Shown: one piece after another, positions 51,657-61,981 of the stretch
Position numbering within the stretch: position 1 is the first letter of the stretch
Layout: each line of letters opens with the position of its first letter
NCBI GenBank assembly: GCA_973895155.1
Contig: OZ316891.1
Location: 24,055,899-24,119,898, forward strand
Direction of reading: 5' to 3'
Length of the DNA stretch: 64,000 nt
DNA from: Marsupella aquatica
Lineage: Eukaryota > Plantae > Marchantiophyta
The notes under the pieces: generated by a model
Databases searched by the model: none
Told to the model about the DNA's origin: nothing
The model's input: only the letters and a program-made list of their open reading frames with translations
Position numbers and translations under genes: made by a program

Positions 51657-54600
51657 AATCTAACAACATTTCATTAAGATCCTCATTGTTGGGCGTCTGC
51701 AGAAGCTACTCTTCATTTTCAGTTTCATCTTTCCTTGGCGACTCGTTTACATAAGCATCCGTTCCAATCGAACCTAGCTCACCGCCAATGGGAGGTTGAA
51801 CCTCCTTAGAGCTTTCTCCATCTCCGACAATTGAGGCTTTGTCAAATAGACTCCAATTAAGCAGAGTCCAAAGTCATGATTCGACTTTTGACATACTCAA
51901 TTTGAGTAGAGCTCTTATCCACCGCGCATCCGTTGCGAGAATTCAAAAGGGCCGCGACCTCGGGGGGTTGACTATCAAAAATCTTAGGAACCACGTGCGA
52001 TCCAAAATAGGTGTTTTTGATAGAAATTAACTAAATTTTTAAAAAGCATAGGAGGCAAAAGAAGGTATTATAAACTCATGTTTATAGAATATTCTCTAAT
52101 ATATACTTTTTATAAAATAAAATAGGTTATTAATATTGAAAATGGAGAATATTCTTGGAATATTTTCTTTATAAAATAGGTCTATTTATATTAGGCTAGG
52201 ATCGCACATGGTACCCCAAAATATACACTTAGTTAACCCCCCGAGGCCACGGCCAAAGTTGCCCCTGTCCCGCAGCACAAGTCTGCCACCCAATCTCCCT
52301 TGTTGCTAAAATAATTCACAAACCAATCAGACACTCCAACTGGCTTCTGATAAGGGTTAACAATAAACCCCAGTGGTGTTAGGGCTTTTGTTGTGACACA
52401 AGGGATACTGATGATGTTAACCCTCGAATCCGTTGGCTCAAAATTGTACATATCTTTTTTGCGAATTCCTTCCTCCGAGTAGTACCCAATGGTCCAATTC
52501 TCAAAGGCCCAAGCTAATCTTGGGCCAGATGGATGTTGATGAATATTTGTCTTTTGCCATATTCCAGCTTCCACTCCATAGTTGCAAACTTTTTCAAGTG
52601 CATGCATCACCATGTTAGCTTGTTGAAGAGAATGCATCACAGAAAATCTCCAAATCTTTGCTGTTGTCACCTTGGAAAAAGAGGTGACCATCTCGACGAC
52701 ATTCTGTTCTGAAAAAGGAACTTCATCAAACTCAGACCCGGGGGCATTAAAACCATATGGTACATTAGCAACAGCGAGAGTATAATTTTGGGGTTTCAAG
52801 AACCCCTCCAAACGATGAACATCTCCAAGATGCAATGAATAAGGGAAAGAATCCCCGTCAACGTTCTTCCAGGTGTAATCTGTTGAAACAATCTCAACAG
52901 ACGAGATGTTCTGTTGCCGGTTGTATTTCTCAATCGCTCCAAGTACAAAATTCTGGAAAGAATGTGGAATGTCTTTAGCCGGGAGTTCGATCTGCTTTGC
53001 CGGCTGAACCTCGGTCTCCTCCACAGGTATCACTTTCCTTTTGGAGTATGCTTTGAGCTGCAAGGCGTCACAAAAGTCAATGAAGAAGCAGATACCAGTA
53101 TCACTACTCTCTTTCAAACTCCAAAAAATGATATTGGTAGTGGGATTCAATCAGGACCCCACAATGGAGAAGTAGATAACAATATATCCTTTTTCAATCT
53201 AAAAAAATGACATCCGTATTGGGTTCCACTCTAGAACCCACAATGAAAGAAAATAACAAATAATTCAATGGAGAAGCAGATACAGGTATCGCTCCTCTCT
53301 TTCAAGCTATATAAAACAATATATAAGTAATTATTAAAAACTCCTTTACCTGGTCGCTCAACTTCTCCGTCCACGTCGTTAGAACTGAAACCTGAGTTTC
53401 TTCAGGAAATAACAATCGACATGTAGCCCAATCTGGCTGACCTGATATTTGGAGAAACAAATTTCTTATCTTGAAGAGCTTTTTCAAGAGCTCTCCTTCA
53501 CGGTGCATCTGATCAAGACTTAGTTTTGGATATTACCCTCCTCAATAACCGCTTTTGCTGCTCCTCATTTGCAAGACCTTGAAGTGCTCTGAATGGAAAG
53601 AAGTTGATATCCCCTGCTAGTTTGTGCAACTTTCGGGATACAGGTTTTGCTCTCGCTCTTGATTTCCCTTTGCCCTTGGGAGGAGCAGGCTTTACAGGAG
53701 ACTTTGCCTTCACCTATCCAAGAACCTCAAACTTTGACCACATTGTCAAAATTGTATCTGTAAGATCCCATATTTCTCCGTGCCGAAATGCAATTTGAAA
53801 CATTGGATCATATTTTGAAACACTCTCTCTATCCTTCGGATTGTACACAAGGCCACACTCCTCGCAACAAGCAAATCGAAGATCCTTTTTCTTCGTTTGC
53901 ATGAACTCCAAATACAAATTATGACAGGCCCTGAGTTTATCAGTATTTGTCATTGTCTTCCTATACTCCTGGTCTATGTTATGCTGCCAACCCAATTTTT
54001 GAAACTCAGGTTTTGAGAAGCCAGCGTAAACCCATGCTTCAACTTCTCCAAAGATCTTTTTCCCATATTGTTCAAACAACTCATTCTTTGCCCGCGCACC
54101 TTGATTCCCGCCAATCACTCTATACTTCCAGTTCATATACTTAGACTGGTCCCAATCCTTGACTGTTGGGCAATCACTTGGGTCCACATGAAGAACAAAC
54201 GGTGCGCTAAAATTTGTTGGATTTTGGATCAAAAGAGATTTGATATTCTCCACATGTAAACGATCCACCGGGCGGATGAGGGTAGATTCATCAGATCCTT
54301 CATCAAGAATGATATTTTTCACACTTAAAATAACAGTAGTTCGTAGTACTCTACGACTCGTCATTAACTCAAAAAGATCCGCACGCAGGGCATCAGTCTC
54401 ATACTTTTCAAGTGCGGTAAGATTGTCTCCATCCTAAACAGAAAACATCGTAGGATGAGGTTTCCAAGCATGAGAGGAACAAAAGGTTTATAAACAATAA
54501 TGGGGATGTTTCAACCGATACCGGTATCAGAAATTTCATAGCAAAACACAAGTGACCTGATTGTCTAAAAAGGCACGCATAACGTATGTTCAAAAGAGGT

Positions 54601-55456
54601 AACACAAGCTCACGGGATGTTGCAATTGGTACTGAAATCCAAAATATCATCAAACCACTTTCTTTGGACTATTCAACGATTAAACATTACTTACAATGTC
54701 TTGTCAAAACATTTCAACTTCTAAAGCTCCCTCGGATGCGGCGGCGGTGTCTCTCCCTTTTTGGACGTCACTCAAATGTTTGGTTTCCACTTCCCCAATG
54801 GTGTCATCATCTTTACTCAAACGAGAACCGGATCGCTTCCTTCTCAGGTGGCTCCCTGATGCACCTCCACTCACCGCTTCCTCACTCGGTCCTTGGCGAG
54901 TTTCTTTTCGCTGACCACCTGTTCTACTTTTACTTCCTACTTTTGTTCCACCGGTTGATCCTCCCTCATGATCTTCGCCAACCTGATCCTGTGCTGCCAA
55001 GCTCCCACTTACCTCTGCAGTCTTTCTCTTTGAAATCCTGTCCAAAAATCTTCTTGTATTCTGCCTGAACTTGTGGCAGCAGTACTTTGTCACAATCTGC
55101 AACATATTTCTCAAACCATTCAGGGGTCAATTTTAAATTGCAAGAGAAAATATCTGTCAACTCCTTGAAAACTGCATCCTCTGGGTATGGTACCCGTACC
55201 TTCTCGCAAAAAGACCAAGCTTCCTGTGTGAATCTTCAATTGTTTTGGCGCTATCGGCGTCAGAAGTTTCCCACAACACAAAAGTTGGGTCCACAATCCA
55301 ATTTGTGATACGCGTATCAACGAGGGCATTCGCAAATGGCCTAGCAAAAGAAAAACACCTCTCAAGAAGTCTAACCGGAATAGAGAAGGCGATACCGGTA
55401 TCGGTTTTCCTATTTCAAGTTCAAAATAAGGATCAAATGCAACCTTCGATACTCAT
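51657..55456 (-). pseudogene. ParB-like domain + beta-class N6/N4 DNA methyltransferase (element B cargo), spliced, degraded
   Basis: 'PFVLHVDPSDCP...YRVIGGNQG...GWQHNID'; MTase LAVANVPYG, GIWQK, NPYQKP...FSNKGDWVADLCCGTGAT...SRNGCAVD. Introns 53058-53349 and 54434-54694; MITE insertion; both ends approximate. Confidence 0.85.
51960..52244. mobile_element. 285-bp MITE inserted in the element B methyltransferase
   Basis: 15-bp TIRs TCGGGGGGTT(G/A)ACTA, AT-rich interior, 10-bp TSD GGCCGCGACC/GGCCACGGCC. Excision restores GATL-xxx-LLNSR in frame. Confidence 0.8.
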
Positions 55457-57594
55457 ATCAAACGTGCGATTGATACTCAAATGTAGGTTTGTATGGTTAG
55501 TTTCGCAGCTTGGTAAACAATGATCAGGGAGCACCAAGCGGTCTGTGTTTGTCCGAAAGAGAAATGAACGGCCGGGCACTCATATATATAGTTTAGGCCG
55601 TTAACCATGGTTAGTTTCCGTTAACCACAGTTGAGTTAGAATTAACCATGGGTTAAGTTTCGTAGTCAACTGCGCAGTTTATGCAGTTTATCGTCTCAAG
55701 TGGATTTTTTTAACTGTTTGGTTGCGCAATGCGAAGAGCGATCCACGTATCGCTCTTCACTTTCAAGACTCCAAAACAAACGATATTCTCACTCATGGGC
55801 ATTTTGTATCGGAGATTTCTTTACTTAGCTGCAATTTTGCGATCGGGCAAAATGAGAAGGGTGGTCACACTTCTCGTTTGGTCCGTCACTGTGTTTCTAC
55901 CTTTTCAATGAGTGCGACATTTGGAAATTTTATCAAGTACTAAAGTGGTCATGAGTTTCTAAATTTCTCTAGCTTTAGATCCATTCCGAATCCCACAATT
56001 GAAGATTTGTTTCCATGAAACTTTTTGTCTTAAACAAGTATGCAACCTGGTTAGTGATTTGATGACACCGATAAACTTCTCTCTCTTCGTCTATCTGCGT
56101 GTAGGAATTGAAAAGTGATTACTTTTGATGCAACTTGAGTGCATCCAGCATCCCTTTGATAATGTGGAGGAAACCGGCGAGCACCGTTTTGCTGTTCAAG
56201 TGGGCAATTAAACTACCCACACATTAAACATTAATTCACATTGCAGTTGGTTTTGTGATTGATGTTAATTGTGGTTGCCTTGGTAAGCTTGACAACTGTT
56301 TCAAGTGTCAATGTTTCAAGTGTCGAACATTGACTTGTTTATTTTTTAATCTTAATTTTCTTCAGATTTGGAGGTCCATCTAGGCTTCAGTTTCTAGATA
56401 ACTGCCTCTAAAATAACATCGGGGTCCACAGATTAATTTAGCTTTTGTTCTTGCACTGTGGATGATAATAACGTTGCAATAACTGAGTTAAGTATTTAAG
56501 CTACTCAAGACTTGAAAATGTCAGAAAACTTTTCCCAACTTGAGAAATGTTGGCTTGAACATCTCAAAGTGTACTAGAATGATCGTTTAGGTCTCACAAA
56601 CTCTTAACGGGAACAAATTCTGGTTGTTGAAGGATGGAACACACTTTACTCCCTGAACTATTTTTCACCTCTACTTGTTTTGATTCTCTTTCTCCTTTCT
56701 TCACATTTGAACACAAACCCCGCTAGATTTCATACAAGTTCAGATTTTACTTTCTTTTACCAAGAAGCAAGTAGAGGACAAATCTAAAAATGCCCTTGCA
56801 CTAGACCTCTCCACAAAGGTGGTGACTGTTTTTGTGCAAGCTTTATAAAATGGTTTCAATACGTAGTATCTATCCACAACTTGCTTAATTAAACCACAGC
56901 TACCCATATATAAGGGGGAAGTGTCCAATACTTCTCCCTTTTTCACCTTCCCTCATTTTTTCCTCTAAAGTGCCAATCTACTCCACAATTTCAGGAAAAA
57001 TTTCTTTGTTTCTAATGAAATTTGGTTCCTATGGGTAACCTGTAGCTCTTGAAGGAGCAGCTCTGATTTAAGTGCACATCAAGTGCTTCTTCCAGGGAGT
57101 GTGCACTTAGAGAGAGAGTACTTCGTCTAGCGAGTGTGCACTTAGAGAGAGAGACGACTGTAACAGAAGCCCATATGAAGTCAATTATGCACAAACTGGT
57201 GACCATAGATCCACTACCCACAAACGAGGTTTGACGGAATCAACAACATCATGTCCATTTCAATTGTTGCGCTGGATGATAGGTAAGCCATGACCGGTGC
57301 AATTATGCGACAGCATGAGGTTAACTCAAATGCATTTGTGGATGGGTAGGTGACCAACGAAAAAGGGGGTTCGGTAATGTGTTAGCTGCTTCGTCTTTTC
57401 TTCCGTGTGATACCCGAGAGCTCTGGCTCCTACAATGAAGACGTCGGTGGGGAGAAGCAACTGAAAACTATATATTTGTCTCACATCTGAAGTAGAACAC
57501 ACGATAATTTTGTTTCAAGGATTTAAAGATTGAACTCACACCTAGTTCAAGCACTTGTGGCGAATCTTAGTTCTCCAGCTTGAGACAGTCACAG

Positions 57595-60500
57595 ATGGGG
57601 GAGTCGGTGTTGTCCACTTTTTTAAGATACACATTGATGGGGGACTCAGCGCTGTCGACATTATCGATAATTCTGGCCGTGGTGCTGGGCGGGGCTATTC
57701 TGTTGTGGGTGCAGCGATCATACACTCTGTACTCATGTCGAAGGCCCGATGCCGTGCTGCCCAAAGGCTCGCTGGGCTGGCCTATCGTTGGAGAATCATT
57801 GGACTTTGCCCACGACCCATTAGAATTTGCTCATTCTCACGTCAGGAGGTAATCTCTATTCATGAATGGAACAGACATGATCTTGAGTTGGCTTCTGCAG
57901 GTAAATCTCTTGTTCATGAATTCAGTAATGATTTTGGCTTGGCGCATGCTCGATGATGTCCCATCATTATGGATCTCTTCTTGCCTAGAATGGTACGTGG
58001 GCACTTAATTAGGGAACGACAAGTACCTTAATTATTCCTGTGATTATATACCTTCGGCATCTTGCTTTCGAGCATGTCATCTTGCTTTCTGGCTTGTCAC
58101 TGACTCTCTCTCGGCCAGGAGAAAGGCTTCCAGTTCACTAGCGAAAGTGAAGGAAAGAATTTTGGCAGGCAATGTCCCTGTGTAGGTAGATGCATGTACC
58201 CCGCTCAAAGACAGTCCGAAATATCTAAGTGGACTAGACTGAATGGTTTAGAGCTCGGGTTGATGTCAGACCATTGGGGGCAGCGAATCAATTGCAAATT
58301 GGGGATGTTAAGAACATCTTCAGCGCTTAACTCAAAGTCTGAAAGTTGTGAGTTGATCAATGCAGTTATGGAAATACGTTCAAAACGAACATATTTCTAC
58401 GGGCAACGATATGTGGAACAACTCCGGAGTTCCTCAAATTCGTCCATAGCAACCCCCGCCTCTTCCAACGGGCATTCCCCGAAAGCTTCAAACAAGTTGT
58501 CGGACCCACCACGTTTAATTTGCAGGACGGTCCACCGCATCTGTCTGTCAGGAAGTTGATCCTGAAATCTGTTGGTCCAGAAGGTCTCCGGGATCAGGTC
58601 CAGAGTTTTGAGAACATTATTCTCGAACACATGGCCTCGTGGGTGCGCGCTGGGACTGTTGTTGCACGTGATGCAGCGCAAAAGGTCGGCCGTTCGTTTT
58701 CAATCCTAAACCGTCTTTCTTTAATCACTCAGTTCAATTCATTTTCGTTGTTCAGCGCTTGGTTTTCTTCTTCGAGTACTTAGTACTTCTGTGCGATTTC
58801 TCTTCTAGTTCAATTAATTCGTCTGCGGGATTCTCAAATTAATTCTTCCGTCTTTAAATATATATATTCTATTCTGTAGGGATTCTTGTAATCAACTTTG
58901 GTACTGATGTGTGAATTGTTTAAATGTCAACTGGCAGCTTACGTGGGACGCTAGCAACTGTATTCTATTTGGAGATAAGAACAGTGCTAGCTCACCACAA
59001 GGAAGCAAGAATTTCAAAAACTTTAAGTCGACCGTTGAGGCAATTGCAGCGCTGCCAGTGGATCTTCCCGGAACGCTGTATAGCAAAAGCAAGAAGGTAC
59101 GCGAACTGTCGGATGTCTGGCCAGCAGTTTGGACTTGAAATTGAATCTTGCCCGAGGCTATTGAACACTGTTCAGAGAACTGAAGGCCAAGTTGGACTTG
59201 AAGTTGAGATTTGGCCATACGCTTTTTGAACACTGCTCCTCTTACTAAGGCCAAGTGAGATACAAGTAGATAGATTTCAACAATGAAGACTTGTCAAATC
59301 TTAAATCGATCCCATAGTATCAGAAAGCGATGTCGAGAATGATAACTTTGGATGAGAACAAATCTGTGCATTTGTGTTGTCCTCAACACCTTCATTTGAT
59401 TGATTGGCTGTTGTCTTCACCAGGCACGGAAAAATTTGCTCGCATACTTCAAAAGTCTGATTGAACAGGCGACGAAGGACCAAATGTCTTCCGAGGGCAT
59501 TTTCTTCGGAGCTCTACTGGCAGCTCGGGATGACCCTGAAGGGCTGGAAGAGCTGAAAAATCTCGATGATAGCACGCTTGCCGAGAACATGCTCTTTGTA
59601 AACAGCGCTGCTTCTGACACTACCTCGACGACTCTAGTATGGATCCTTAAGTATCTGATTGACTATCCGGAGGTCTTTCGCCGTTGCCAGGTACGGAGCA
59701 TGCTTTGCTTCTCGGTTTCAATCCGGCATGGCCTTTTGGATATATTGAGGTCTGGAGCTTGAATTGGCAATAGAATTTTGAACGTGATAAATGGTATTTT
59801 GTCGAAATTTTGCCAGCACCCAGCACCGAATATCACCAGATTGGTGGTTACTCAATTAATTCTACGTCACATTTGACAGACAGCCCAGCCTCCCGCCGAG
59901 GAATGTCGTTGTCAGTTTTTATCTGGTCCATCCTTCTCAGATCTTCCACTGTACTAACCCTCATACCATGTGAGCAGGCTGAGCACCAAGAGATTCTCAA
60001 AAACAAAGACCCTTCCGTCGAAGGGCCCAGGCTTACTTGGGACGATACGAGGAAAATGGTTTACACTCATAAGGTAACATGCATGATTATCCTTGGACAT
60101 CCAAAGAGAGTGGATTCCCAAGTGCATTGCAACTATAATGGACGCTAGTCTAATATGAAGTTATAAACGAAGTGGATTGAAATTATAATGGACACTAGTC
60201 GAATATGAAGTTGTTTAGAGACCGGCTCCATGCTTGCGGATGTTCCAACCTGTAAAATATTATTAGTTGACGAGAATTCTAGACAGTTCAAGCGAATGGC
60301 ATACTTAATTCTTCTGAATTTCCGGATGCAGTTCTTTCAAGAAGTCCAGAGAAGCCTTACAATCCTCCCTGTTCTTTTCAAAGAGGCAACCGAAGACGTT
60401 AAGTTTGAAGGTGAGTGATCTGAGTTTCCAGAGTGTTAAATTATCGTGCAATCCTACCATTGCAACAGCTACGGGTGTTGTTCTTGAACGGGATTGCTAA

Positions 60501-61783
60501 TGAATAGTCTGAATTCCCACGCATTCAGCCCGCAAAATTTGTCAGCTTCACAGTGTGCAGAATTAGGTTCGGATTCGATGTAGGTACAGTACGTTCATTC
60601 AGAGTAATCTAGCTCTAAGGGTCTCTGCCAGCACAAGCTTCTCAAGAAATACAAGCTGATTCTTCGAAGAAAACATGTAGTAGCTCTGTGAGCGAGTCAT
60701 GAAATTATGCGTTCGAGAACAAACTCGTGCCACGTTCACATATGAAGGTCATAAAAGTCTATCGATCATGCAGGTCATCTAATACCAAAGGGCTGGAGAG
60801 TGATTTCGTTGACCAATTACATTCACACGGATCCTGCCAATTATCCCGACCTTAATTTCAACCCCGATCGATTCGATGTGAGTACTGTACTATCTTCCTC
60901 CTCGGTCAGGTTTTGATTCACAGATTTTATGTTGCTGACAACTAATAGAACACAATTTTGTTTTCCTCAATGAGATGGTGCACCTGACCTGACTTTCACT
61001 CGGTATAATTAATCTCTTTCGATTGGGGAAACTTTTGCAGGTGGCCCCGAAACCATACACTTATGTTCCATTCAGTACTGGGCCTCACATGTGTCCGGGG
61101 ATTGAATTGGCCAAGCTGATTGTCTGCATCTTCGTTCATCATCTCACTACGACTTACACGTAAGTACCCATTGATATACCCGACCTGAATTTGACAGAGC
61201 AAGCTACAGCTAGTCCGTGTATTTGCCTGTGGAATGGAGCCTCCTATCCAGCCCAGTCTGAAGGGAGTCGACAGGCTTGCAGAATGACATCTAAAACTTG
61301 AGGCTGATTTTTTTGGATCCACCCATGTCCTAAAACCTTTATTGTGACCTTAGTTTGTATTTTCATTAAAGGTTATGGGACAGAAGCCCCTCACCAACCT
61401 TGCTCCGGATTGAAATCTTGGTGTTCCTGCCGGGATGTAATCCCCAGCATATGTTTTTCAATATTCACTTCTCGGCTTAGTCTAGGGGGCCATGGCCTGT
61501 AACGCCTTGGGGATGTAGCCCATATTAAGCCCCTAGAGGAAACACCTAACTCAGGATGAGACTGCACAACATGTCTGTCATCGAATGATGTGAAAAACCC
61601 TTACATCTTACTACCCCAAGTATAAATTGACTCCACTGTTCCAATTTTGACATGCATGATTCTTTTGTTGATTGCTTATGCAGGCATGAGAGCGTTGGAC
61701 GTGATCAGGGTATGATATATGAATTCTTTTTCCCCAAGCCAAAAGGAGGATACCCAATCAAATTGAGTCCCAGGACAGGCTAA
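57595..61783 (+). CDS. Cytochrome P450, CYP85 clan (CYP707-like), 9 exons: 57595-57848, 58366-58684, 58938-59096, 59424-59690, 59978-60073, 60332-60410, 60774-60877, 61041-61159, 61684-61783
   Basis: N-terminal TM anchor, LPKGSLGWPIVGE, I-helix AASDTT, EVQR (ExxR), PDRF, heme motif FSTGPHMCPG. All introns GT-AG and the frame is continuous. Confidence 0.92.
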
Positions 61784-61981
61784 CTTGAACGTCTCGCCTG
61801 GTATGATAGCGCAGAAGCCTCTTAGAACTACATACCCCACTAAAGTTCGAATTGCATGTGGTTGGTCCAGCATATATGGGTTAACGTATGATTCCAAAAC
61901 AAAAAGATCCTGAGCAAGTTAAGCCATACTTGACTTCTCATGAGAATGGATGCCAACTATTGTGGCCATGCCAAAGGCAAG

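Larger units (their letters stand above)
45728..55895. mobile_element. DNA transposon B (Sola1-like) carrying transposase + ParB-methyltransferase
   Basis: 31-bp TIRs AACACGGTGACGGACCAAACGAGAAGTGTGA (45728-45758) and 55865-55895, 1 mismatch. 4-bp TSD TCTA (45724-45727, 55896-55899). Confidence 0.92.

Noticed and set aside
51946-52258. MITE with 25-bp TIR and 4-bp TSD AAAG (would suggest a Sola-type derivative)
   Set aside because: Excision under this model frameshifts the MTase; the 10-bp TSD model restores the alignment with element A.
41652-55456. Bacterial/prophage contamination or a restriction-modification system
   Set aside because: The MTase genes have GT-AG introns, lie within TIR/TSD-bounded elements interleaved with plant retrotransposons, and no restriction nuclease is evident.
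57099-57153. Direct repeat GTGTGCACTTAGAGAGAG upstream of the CYP
   Set aside because: Only two copies of a short sequence; no support for a function.
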